Source: Trichlorobacter lovleyi SZ (lineage in GTDB: Bacteria > Desulfobacterota > Desulfuromonadia > Geobacterales > Pseudopelobacteraceae). Taken from it: a stretch of DNA of 32,000 bases. This document shows, one piece after another, positions 17,914-25,361 of the stretch. Position numbers and translations under genes: made by a program. Every line of letters begins with the position of its first letter. Within the stretch, counting starts at the first letter, position 1. The DNA is taken from assembly GCF_000020385.1 (NCBI RefSeq), contig NC_010814.1:330001-362000 (forward strand), written 5' to 3'. A model generated the notes under the pieces. That model did not search any database. It was not told the DNA's origin and worked only from the letters and a program-made list of their open reading frames with translations.

Positions 17914-18425
17914 ACAGGGGGCTCTGGTGCGTGATCATACTGCTGCTACTGCTGTCTACAGGATCCCCGGCAACAGCAGAAACCCTGCGGGGGATGGTCA
18001 AGGCGGTGCATGACGGCGATACCGTGGTGCTGGTTGGACGCGGAACCGGGAGGGTTACGGTTCGTCTGTACGGTGTTGATGCGCCGGAGACCCGCAAGCC
18101 GGATTCTCCCGGGCAGCCCTTTGGCAGCCAGGCCAAGCGGGTGCTGATGTTTAAGCTGTTGGGCAAAGAAGTTGTCGCAGAGGTGCAGGATCGTGACCAG
18201 TATGGTCGCGCGGTTGCCGTGCTGCAGCTGGCAGGCAGGGATATCAATGCCGAAATGGTGGCGGAGGGGATGGCCTGGGCCTATCGCCAGTATCTTGGCG
18301 GTCCCTATGCATCACGCTACATCGCTTTGGAAGAACAGGCTCGGCGCCAACACCGGGGACTCTGGCGGGATACGAACCCTCAGCCTCCCTGGGAATTCAG
18401 GCGGGGCCAGAAGCGGCGGCGTTAA
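17910..18425 (+). CDS. Secreted thermonuclease (SNase / micrococcal nuclease family)
   Basis: ATGA start/stop overlap with the U32 gene. Signal peptide LWCVIILLLLLSTGSPATA. SNase motifs: VHDGDTVVL, VRLYGVDAPE, DQYGRAVAV, NAEMVAEGMAWAY. Confidence 0.85.
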   Translation: MNRGLWCVIILLLLLSTGSPATAETLRGMVKAVHDGDTVVLVGRGTGRVTVRLYGVDAPETRKPDSPGQPFGSQAKRVLMFKLLGKEVVAEVQDRDQYGRAVAVLQLAGRDINAEMVAEGMAWAYRQYLGGPYASRYIALEEQARRQHRGLWRDTNPQPPWEFRRGQKRRR

Positions 18426-19444
18426 TTTTTTATCTTCTTTGATAGCTCCAGGGCACGCTTGACCCGAGACACCACCCGTAGCGGCTGGACCGGTTTGGGG
18501 ATGAAGTCAAAGAAGCCGGCGTCAAGCGCCTTCTGCTCTTCATCGGTGGAGGCCCGGCCGGTCAGCATGATCACCGGAATCGCCGCGGTAATCGGATTGG
18601 CCTTGATTGCCCGCAGCAGACCATGTCCATCCAGTTTGGGCATCTGGGCATCGGTAATCACCAGTTGAGGGCGATGGGTCAGGGTGGTCTTGAGCGCCTC
18701 AATACCGTCTTTGCAGATAATGACGTTGTACCCTTCTTTTACCAGGGCTGCCTGCACAACGGTGGCAACCGTGGGAGAATCCTCCACCACCAGAATCGTG
18801 TTGCCGGCATCCGGGTTTACCGGTGCATTCAGATAATGGCGGGCGATCGCCTCCAGTATTTCCTTACGGGTGGCAATTACCGGCACTACCTGCAGTCCGG
18901 TGATGCGGGCAATCATGTCGGTGGTCTCGCCGTCAAAAGGATCGGTTATGGCCACTGCCAGCATCATATCCTTGTGCTTCAACGGAAACACGAGCCGTTT
19001 CATGACAAACTCAGTGGGTAGCAGGTTGATTGTCTCGGCCGGATAGGTACGGTTGCTGAAGTCTGTGACGGTCTTGAAGCCGAACTGGCGTCCCAGCGCC
19101 TCTACCAGCTCAAGTTCAGTGATGACCCCCATCTCCTCCAACACTTCACCAAGCTTTTTCCCTTCAGTGTGCTGGCGCTCCAGTGCCCGTTCCAGGGTCT
19201 TTTCGCTGATCAGTTTGGCCCTCACCAGGATGTCGCCCAACTGCTTTTTCTGGTTGATGTCGGCAAAGGGGCTGTGCTGGCTGACCAGTGCCTCCATCAG
19301 CTCTGCCTCGGTAATAACCCCCATCTCCTCCAGAACCTGCCCCAGGCGCTTGGCAGTTGCCTTTTGGCGTTCCAGTGCCCGTTCCAGCGTCTTTCTGCTG
19401 ATCAGCTCCGTATCAACCAGTATGTCGCCCAGCTGTTTTGTCAT
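18422..19444 (-). CDS. Response regulator: two tandem MshEN-like (T2SSE N-terminal, c-di-GMP-binding type) modules plus a C-terminal receiver domain
   Basis: Residues 3-56 and 67-120 are near-duplicates. Each carries two 24-residue xLGxxL(x)xxx(L/V)Ixxx(x)LxxALxxQ motifs separated by a 5-residue spacer. The REC domain reads ILVVEDSP...LVITDAQMPKLDG...VIMLTG...KP. Confidence 0.85.
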   Translation of the reverse strand: MTKQLGDILVDTELISRKTLERALERQKATAKRLGQVLEEMGVITEAELMEALVSQHSPFADINQKKQLGDILVRAKLISEKTLERALERQHTEGKKLGEVLEEMGVITELELVEALGRQFGFKTVTDFSNRTYPAETINLLPTEFVMKRLVFPLKHKDMMLAVAITDPFDGETTDMIARITGLQVVPVIATRKEILEAIARHYLNAPVNPDAGNTILVVEDSPTVATVVQAALVKEGYNVIICKDGIEALKTTLTHRPQLVITDAQMPKLDGHGLLRAIKANPITAAIPVIMLTGRASTDEEQKALDAGFFDFIPKPVQPLRVVSRVKRALELSKKIKN

Positions 19445-19467
19445 ACGACCTCCACGTAGTGCACAAA

Positions 19468-20112
19468 CTACTTCGGCACTTTTTCCCAGTCTTCCAGGAA
19501 TTTTTTGATACCGGCATCAGTCAGGGGATGCTTGGACAGCTGCAGCATAACCGAGTAGGGGATGGTACAGATATCAGCGCCGATCAGGGCTGAGTTAAGC
19601 ACATGGATCGGGTTACGGATGCTGGCTACAATGATCTCGCTGGTATAACCATAGTTGTCGAAGATGGTGCGGATCTCTTCGATGATTCCCATACCATCCT
19701 GGGAGATATCGTCCAGTCGTCCCACAAAGGGAGAAACATAGGTCGCACCGGCCTTGGCGGCCAGCAGTGCCTGCATCGGGGTAAAGATCAAGGTTACGTT
19801 GGTCTTGATCCCTTTGGCTGAAAGCTGCTTGGTGGCTTTCAGGCCTTCCGGCGTCATCGGCAGCTTGATGACGATGTTTTTGTGGATTTTGACCAGATCC
19901 TTGGCCTCTTTGACCATCCCTTCTGCATCCAGAGCAATTACCTCGGCGGAGATCGGGCCGTCTACGATGGCGGTGATCTCTTTGATCACGTCCTTGAACT
20001 TGCGGCCTGATTTGGCGATCAGGGAAGGGTTGGTGGTAACGCCGTCCACCAGGCCAAGAGTGTGCGCTTCGCGAATCTCATGTACGTCAGCAGTGTCGAT
20101 AAAGAATTTCAT
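19468..20112 (-). CDS. fsa: Short-type transaldolase / fructose-6-phosphate aldolase (TalC/MipB/Fsa family)
   Basis: 214 aa, [24 protein letters not shown], with the Schiff-base Lys context VIKLP. GGAGG RBS. Sequence alone does not tell me whether it acts as a transaldolase or an aldolase. Confidence 0.9.
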
Positions 20113-20135
20113 GTCTGAACCTCCGTTTTCAGGGA

Positions 20136-20387
20136 TTAATGGGTATGGTCAAGTTGATCGCGAAATTTATCCAGGCAGTCCATGGAGCAGAAATAGTGCC
20201 GCGTGCCGTTCAGGGTTCCGACAATGGCATCCTGTTTTGCCAGGTAGACCTTGCAGACCGGATCCTGTACGGTTTCTTCATCGTTGCGGGCCGGCTTTGG
20301 CGCGGAAGATTGCCTGGGGGCAACAAGTGCCTTGAAGACCCGGAATCCGATATAGGCCAGCAGCAACCAGATTACTAGGCGAAACAT
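20136..20387 (-). CDS. Small single-pass membrane protein with a C-terminal YHS/TRASH-like Cys-rich domain
   Basis: The ORF is listed to 20429, but that would overlap folK. The ATG at 20387 ([21 protein letters not shown]) gives one TM helix. The C-terminus reads DPVCKVYL....[12 protein letters not shown]. Confidence 0.6.
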
Positions 20388-20394
20388 GGCGTCA

Positions 20395-20889
20395 TTACTC
20401 CAGGGGGCTGACCTGCTCGTCGGTTTCAAGGCAGGTCAGCAGCTCTGCTATGGTACGTTTGCTGGCCGGCTCGCATAATTCAGGGGCGATATCAGCCAAC
20501 GGCAGCAGTACAAAACGGCGTGCCGTCATCCGGGGATGGGGCAGGGTCAGGTCAGGTGTTGCAAGTTGTGTGCTGCCGTACAGGAGCAGATCCAGATCAA
20601 GCCGTCGCGATTGCGGCCTGGCGGCAGGAGTCCGACCAAAGATCTCCCGTTCTATCCGTTGCAGCTCATGCAGCAGCTCATGGGGCGGCAGGGTGGTGGC
20701 CAGCCGTGCAACCCCGTTGTAAAAGGAGGGAGTGCCGGACGGCATACCCACCGGTGACGTCTCATAAAACCTGGACAGGGCCGTCACGCGGCAGCCGGCT
20801 ATCTTGCCCAGTTCTGCCACGGCCCGCAACAGGTTCAGTTCCCGATCCCCCAGATTAGAGCCGAGGGCGATGTAAGCATCGGTTTCCAC
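20395..20889 (-). CDS. folK: 2-amino-4-hydroxy-6-hydroxymethyldihydropteridine diphosphokinase
   Basis: AYIALGSNLGDR...SRFYETSPVG...RLDLDLLLYG...LTLPHPRM aligns by eye with E. coli FolK. It starts at GTG with no SD. Confidence 0.9.
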   Translation of the reverse strand: METDAYIALGSNLGDRELNLLRAVAELGKIAGCRVTALSRFYETSPVGMPSGTPSFYNGVARLATTLPPHELLHELQRIEREIFGRTPAARPQSRRLDLDLLLYGSTQLATPDLTLPHPRMTARRFVLLPLADIAPELCEPASKRTIAELLTCLETDEQVSPLE

Positions 20890-20897
20890 AAGGCGGG

Positions 20898-20926
20898 ATT
20901 AAACCATACTTGTGGGGGGGCGTCAA
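20898..20926 (-). promoter_or_regulatory. Candidate sigma70 promoter abutting the folK start codon
   Basis: On the minus strand: TTGACG (20926-20921), 17-nt spacer, TTTAAT (20903-20898). Only 8 nt separate the -10 from GTG 20889. Confidence 0.35.
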
Positions 20927-20935
20927 CCGCAGGAC

Positions 20936-20963
20936 AAAAAAAGCCCCCGTCACCAGGAGGGGC
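20936..20963 (-). terminator. Candidate rho-independent terminator (minus strand) downstream of the endonuclease-III-related gene
   Basis: Minus strand GCCCC-N11-GGGGC followed by TTTTTTT (A run 20936-20942 on the plus strand). The stem is short, so confidence is moderate. Confidence 0.45.
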
Positions 20964-21089
20964 GGCAACGAGGGCGATGAGACCCCCGAGGGGGCTCGCA
21001 AACATATTCTCTACTAATAGTGTACTCAAGCCGGGCAGCCGGCGCAATAAAAGTTTTGTAACTAATTATGTATGAAAGAAAATTACTTT

Positions 21090-21767
21090 TTAAGAGCATT
21101 TTGATTGGTTTTTTGTTGCGTTATAGGAACACTGGGCTGCCAGACAACAGCTGCTACATTGCGGCCTTGGACGGCAGGCCTGCTTCCCCAGCTCGACGAG
21201 CAGCGCATGGTACTCGTTAAACAGGGCTGTGTCCAAGGTCAGGCGATCCATGAAGTGGCGTCGTAACCCGTCATAGCTGATCCGCTCATCGACCAGCCCC
21301 AGCCGGCTGAAGATGCGTCTGGTATAGGCATCCACCACAAAGCTTGGTTTGTGACCGGCATAGAGCAGGATCGAGTCGGCGGTTTCAGGCCCGATCCCCT
21401 TGACCGCAAGCAGCTCTGTTCTGGTCTGCTGCCAGGGGGCGGCAAAAAGCCGGTCAAGGCTGCCCTGGTACTGTTGCTGCAAAAAGGTGGTAAATGCCTG
21501 TAGCCTTACTGCCTTGACGTTAAAGTAACCTGCCGGTCTGATCAGTGCTGCCAGTGCAGCCGGCAACAGGTCTGCGATGCCTGTAACGGACAGTCTGTCA
21601 GCCGCCTTCAGGTTCGCAATCGCCTTTTCCACATTGCCCCAGTTGGTATTCTGGGTCAGGATAGCACCGACGCAGACCTCAAAGGGGGTTTCACCGGGCC
21701 ACCAATGCCGGGGGCCATACCGTTCCAGCAGGGTAGTGAAAATCCTGTCAAGCCGCTTATCTGCCAA
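21090..21767 (-). CDS. Endonuclease III-related HhH-GPD protein with a C-terminal Fe-S Cys cluster
   Basis: The ORF is listed to 21935 but overlaps the upstream gene. The TTG at 21767 (LADKRLDRIFTTLLERYGPRHWWPGETPFEVCVGAILTQNTNW) gives a ~225-aa product. The ATG at 21821 is the alternative, so the start is uncertain. HhH reads VKGIGPETADSILLY. The C-terminus reads CRPRPQCSSCCLAAQC. Confidence 0.75.
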   Translation of the reverse strand: MADKRLDRIFTTLLERYGPRHWWPGETPFEVCVGAILTQNTNWGNVEKAIANLKAADRLSVTGIADLLPAALAALIRPAGYFNVKAVRLQAFTTFLQQQYQGSLDRLFAAPWQQTRTELLAVKGIGPETADSILLYAGHKPSFVVDAYTRRIFSRLGLVDERISYDGLRRHFMDRLTLDTALFNEYHALLVELGKQACRPRPQCSSCCLAAQCSYNATKNQSKCS

Positions 21768-22344
21768 CCAGCACCCGCAGGTTTTGAGGATTGACCTTAT
21801 AACCGCCGGAAACCGTGACATAGCCTTTATACAGGTCGCTGACATCGGTGATGCGCGCCATGAACCAGCTGCTCTGGCGGGCATTTGACTTGTCTTGAGG
21901 GGCCTGATAGGCATCATTCCGGCTGTTTCCCTCAAACATGATCATCAGGGTGCCCAGCCTGATCTCGTCCGGCCTGGCAATTCTGGTGCGCCAGAAGAAC
22001 TTGGTCCACTGGCTGGCGCCATTTGCAATCTTGAAGAATTCAGCCTCACCCTTGGTTTGAGCGTTGGGTGGCTGGGTCATCTTGGCCAGGGTCACGTAGA
22101 TCCAGGCGTTCTCACCCATCGGCTGCTCACTGATAAAGAAGTCATCACCCTGGATGTAATGCCGGTCTTCACCGGCCGCCGGTGCCTCATAACGCGGTTG
22201 CGGCGCGGGCTCTTCCTGGGCAGGGGGTACCTGTTCACGGATCTGTTGTCCACCGGTCACCAGCTTGTCGACTTCATCCATAAAACCTGCCTGCGCAGTT
22301 GCGCAGTTAATCAGCAGCAGTGTCAGCACGAACAGTTTCTTCAT
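21757..22344 (-). CDS. Secreted protein of unknown function
   Basis: Signal peptide MKKLFVLTLLLINCATAQA, a Pro/Glu/Ala-rich linker, then a ~130-aa domain in which I recognise no motif. Confidence 0.6.
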   Translation of the reverse strand: MKKLFVLTLLLINCATAQAGFMDEVDKLVTGGQQIREQVPPAQEEPAPQPRYEAPAAGEDRHYIQGDDFFISEQPMGENAWIYVTLAKMTQPPNAQTKGEAEFFKIANGASQWTKFFWRTRIARPDEIRLGTLMIMFEGNSRNDAYQAPQDKSNARQSSWFMARITDVSDLYKGYVTVSGGYKVNPQNLRVLVGR

Positions 22345-22431
22345 GGCACACCTCCATTCATTTTATCAGTTTCATCTCTCCAAAGGAGCAATACTCTGCT
22401 CCTATACCAGAGATTTGCGATCTGTAAAGGC

Positions 22432-23295
22432 TCAGAGTGAGGCGGCAATCCCCTGCTGCAGATCGGGATAGCGCAGGGAAATGTCCAGATCCTCCAGCAT
22501 CCGCCGGTTGTCAACCACCCGTGATTCCATGAAATAGTTGAACAAGAGCGGCGGCATCACCCGGCGGGCCTCCTCAAGGTCGATCTGGGGCTGACGGGGT
22601 TTCTGCAGGGCATCGGCACAGGCGTTGAAGTAGGCTGTCATGCTGGCCGGATGACCGTCACTGACGTTGTAGATGCCGGTCCCTTTGAGCAGGGCAGACA
22701 GGCAGACCCGGGCCAGATCATCAATGTGAATCCGGTTGGACGGCCTGGCCAGCTCCTCCCGCAGCAGCGGCTGGCCCTGGTTGATCTGCATCAACGGCAG
22801 GCGCCCCTTGCCGTAGATGGCGGAGACCCTCAGGATTACCACCGGAATACCGTGCTTCAGGCAAAAGTCCTGAAACAGTTGTTCGGCATCCAGCCGTCGT
22901 TTGCCCATGGCTGAGGCCGGCTCTGTGGGACTCTGTTCGGTTACCACGGCGCCGCCGGTGTCACCGTAAACGCTGGTGGCGCTGAGGTACACGATTTTGG
23001 ATGGGAAGGTCTGATCCCGCTCCAGGGCGGCGCAGAAATTGCGGGCACGCAGATCAATGCTGCCGCCTCCCTGAGGAGGGACACTGTACAGCAGCATCCG
23101 TCCGTCCAGCGGCAGCCGAGGGATGTCATCACGTTCATCCATGCTGCAGAGACAGACCTCTGCACCGGCCCTGGTCAAGGCTGCAGCCTTTTCCTGATCC
23201 CTCAGGTGAACCGCCACGGACCAGCCCTGCGCAAGAGCCAGATTGGCCACCAGACTGCCGGTGTAGCCGCAGCCGGCTATAAACAGTTGCTGCAT
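22432..23295 (-). CDS. NAD(P)-dependent epimerase/dehydratase-type SDR family protein
   Basis: N-terminal Rossmann-like FIAGCGYTGSLVA. AAGGGA RBS. 287 aa. Confidence 0.75.
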   Translation of the reverse strand: MQQLFIAGCGYTGSLVANLALAQGWSVAVHLRDQEKAAALTRAGAEVCLCSMDERDDIPRLPLDGRMLLYSVPPQGGGSIDLRARNFCAALERDQTFPSKIVYLSATSVYGDTGGAVVTEQSPTEPASAMGKRRLDAEQLFQDFCLKHGIPVVILRVSAIYGKGRLPLMQINQGQPLLREELARPSNRIHIDDLARVCLSALLKGTGIYNVSDGHPASMTAYFNACADALQKPRQPQIDLEEARRVMPPLLFNYFMESRVVDNRRMLEDLDISLRYPDLQQGIAASL

Positions 23296-23300
23296 AATTG

Positions 23301-23771
23301 TTATCCCTTTCCTTCATCAAGCAGTTCGTCCAGCGGATGTTTTTTCTCGATTGCAACAATCCTGACCTTGATCGCACCCTTGCCCCACAGGCCGATCTGC
23401 TGGGCTGCAGCGCGGGAGAGGTCAATCAGGTTGCGGACTGTGTGACGGGGGTGGCAGCGGTCATTGATGACCACCGACACCTTTTGGCCGCTCTTGATAT
23501 TTTCAACCGTAACAATGGTTCCCAGCGGCAGCAGGGCATGGGCAGCGGTCAGTTTGTCCGGATGATAGCGCTGGCCGGAGGTGGTGCGCCGCCCGATGAA
23601 GCGCGAGGCGTAGTAGGTGGCCACGCCGACCTGCGGGTCTTTAAGCGTGTCCCCGTCCTTTGCCAGCACCTCCAGCAACTGGGCATCACTCATATCATCA
23701 CGTTCTATCGGGTGAGCAGCCTGGACAGCGCCGGGCATGAGCAGGGACAGAATAAGTAGGCGCTTAATCAT
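23301..23771 (-). CDS. RlpA-like double-psi beta-barrel (DPBB) secreted protein
   Basis: Signal peptide MIKRLLILSLLMPGAVQA. DPBB reads GVATYYASRFIGRRTTSGQRYHPDKLTAAHALLPLGTIVTVENIKSGQKVSVVINDR. ATGA overlap with the upstream gene. Confidence 0.85.
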   Translation of the reverse strand: MIKRLLILSLLMPGAVQAAHPIERDDMSDAQLLEVLAKDGDTLKDPQVGVATYYASRFIGRRTTSGQRYHPDKLTAAHALLPLGTIVTVENIKSGQKVSVVINDRCHPRHTVRNLIDLSRAAAQQIGLWGKGAIKVRIVAIEKKHPLDELLDEGKG

Positions 23772-24652
23772 CGTTGCAGGTACTCCCGGATACCGTCTCT
23801 AAAGCGGATCGGTTCAAATTCAAAGGCTTTCCTCCAGCAGCCGTCGCAGATATTTTCCTCAAGCAGCATCTGCAGCTGGTCCATGGTAATCGGAAAGGCC
23901 TTGAACCCCTGCAGCGCCTTGATCACCGGCTTCATCAACGATAACGGCAGGGACGGTTTCCAGGGGTGGCCCTTGCCCATCGCCTCGGCAATGGCATCCA
24001 GCAGTTCACGATAGGTCAGGCGATCCTCGCCACACAGCTCAAAGGTCTGGCCAGCGGTCTCCGGCTTTTCCAACGCGTCGGCATAACAGCGGGCTACATC
24101 GCTGCCGTGGATCGGCTGCAGCCGGTACGTGCCGTCCCCCATGGTGGGCATGACCGGTGCCAGCCGCAGGTTGTCTGCCAGCATGTTGACAAAGGCATCC
24201 CTGGGGCCAAAGATCAGTGAAGGCCGGAAGATGGTCCAGGCCAGCCCGCTGCCCCGTACGATCTCCTCTCCCCGCCATTTGGTGCGATGGTAGCCGGAAA
24301 CCGCATCAAGCCTGGTGCCAAGGGCGGACATCTGCAGGTAGCGCAGCACACCCGCATGTTGTGTCGCCTGAACCATGCCGGCGGTGGCCTCCACATGCAG
24401 CCGTTCAAAGGTGACCCCTTTGGCGGGAAATTCGCGAATGATCCCCACCAGATTGATCGCCGCGTCGCAGCCTTTCATGGCAGCACCATAAACGGCCGGG
24501 TCAACGACATCGCCTTTGACAAAGGTGACTCCTGCCGCTGTTGAACCGCTACGGGCATGGCTCAGAAGCACCAGTTCGTGACCACGCTTCAGCAGCTCTG
24601 CGGTCAGGTGCCCGCCCACAAATCCGGTGCCGCCGGCGATAAAGATCTTCAT
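23768..24652 (-). CDS. NAD(P)H-binding atypical SDR, NDUFA9/NmrA-like family
   Basis: MKIFIAGGTGFVGGHL. The second ATG (24652) has better SD spacing than the ATG at 24658. Confidence 0.85.
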   Translation of the reverse strand: MKIFIAGGTGFVGGHLTAELLKRGHELVLLSHARSGSTAAGVTFVKGDVVDPAVYGAAMKGCDAAINLVGIIREFPAKGVTFERLHVEATAGMVQATQHAGVLRYLQMSALGTRLDAVSGYHRTKWRGEEIVRGSGLAWTIFRPSLIFGPRDAFVNMLADNLRLAPVMPTMGDGTYRLQPIHGSDVARCYADALEKPETAGQTFELCGEDRLTYRELLDAIAEAMGKGHPWKPSLPLSLMKPVIKALQGFKAFPITMDQLQMLLEENICDGCWRKAFEFEPIRFRDGIREYLQR

Positions 24653-24674
24653 TGGCATTACTCCTTTTCAGAAT

Positions 24675-25163
24675 TTATGCTGCCATTTTTACCGTCAACC
24701 AGGCCACTGCAGCATACCGCACCAGCTTGCCCACCCCCACCAGCAGCAGGAAGGTGGTAAAGCGGATCTTCAGCAGTCCCCCCACCAGGCAGAGCGGATC
24801 GCCCGCCACCGGCAGCCAGGAAAACAACAGTGACAGGATGCCGTAGCGCTGATACCACGCCTCGGCCCGCTGCCGTTGCTGCTCACTGATCCTGAACAGA
24901 CGGACCAGCAGCCAGTCGCCGCCGTAACGTCCAACCAGCCAGGTGGTACAGGCTCCCAGGCTGTTACCGGTGGTGGCGGTCAACACGCTGACGGCAGGGT
25001 CGTAGCCCCTGACCAGCATCAACACCAGCAGCCATTCCGACCCCAGCGGTACCAGGGTCGATGCCAGAAAGCTGAGAGCGAACAGGGCCGGATAGCCGGG
25101 CTGCTGCAACCAGTTCAGCAGAGGGACCAGATATGTCAGAAAGCCGTTGTCAAAGAGATCCAC
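24675..25163 (-). CDS. YqaA/DedA-type (SNARE-associated) membrane protein
   Basis: 162 aa with 4-5 TM helices. YPALFALSFLASTLVPLGSEWLL...GNSLGACTTWLVGRYGG. Confidence 0.75.
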   Translation of the reverse strand: MDLFDNGFLTYLVPLLNWLQQPGYPALFALSFLASTLVPLGSEWLLVLMLVRGYDPAVSVLTATTGNSLGACTTWLVGRYGGDWLLVRLFRISEQQRQRAEAWYQRYGILSLLFSWLPVAGDPLCLVGGLLKIRFTTFLLLVGVGKLVRYAAVAWLTVKMAA

Positions 25164-25252
25164 ATCACGTACCTTTTATGCCGGTCCCATTTCAAGGCCC
25201 TGTCTTTGTTGGCGCGTCTCCGGCTCCTCATATGTACTGTGTGTACATCTAA

Positions 25253-25304
25253 CGTCGCCGAACTCCTTGCCGCCTTGACAGCATCCATTGAACTGAAACT
25301 GGAA
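25253..25304. repeat. Copy A of a ~50-nt intergenic element, upstream of the WYL regulator gene
   Basis: CGTCGCCGAACTCCTTGCCGCCTTGACAGCATCCATTGAACTGAAACTGGA. About 42 of 52 positions are identical to copy B, by hand alignment with one gap. Confidence 0.7.
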
Positions 25305-25361
25305 TGAGCCGTCGAGTGATACAGTATAGCCGAAAAATTGCAGTAGCAACAGGGGGGTAGC

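Noticed and set aside
18422-18425. Convergent overlap of the thermonuclease and response-regulator stop codons (GTTAAT)
   Set aside because: It is real, and it leaves no room for terminators between the convergent genes. However, a 4-nt stop-stop overlap is common in compact genomes and does not by itself indicate regulation.
20880-21090. Folate-related riboswitch (THF-I/THF-II or ZTP/pfl) upstream of folK
   Set aside because: I could not match the region to the conserved cores I remember for these classes, for example the ZTP CCGCCTGGGC-type 3' subdomain. Only generic hairpins are visible. A covariance-model scan would be needed, so I do not claim it.
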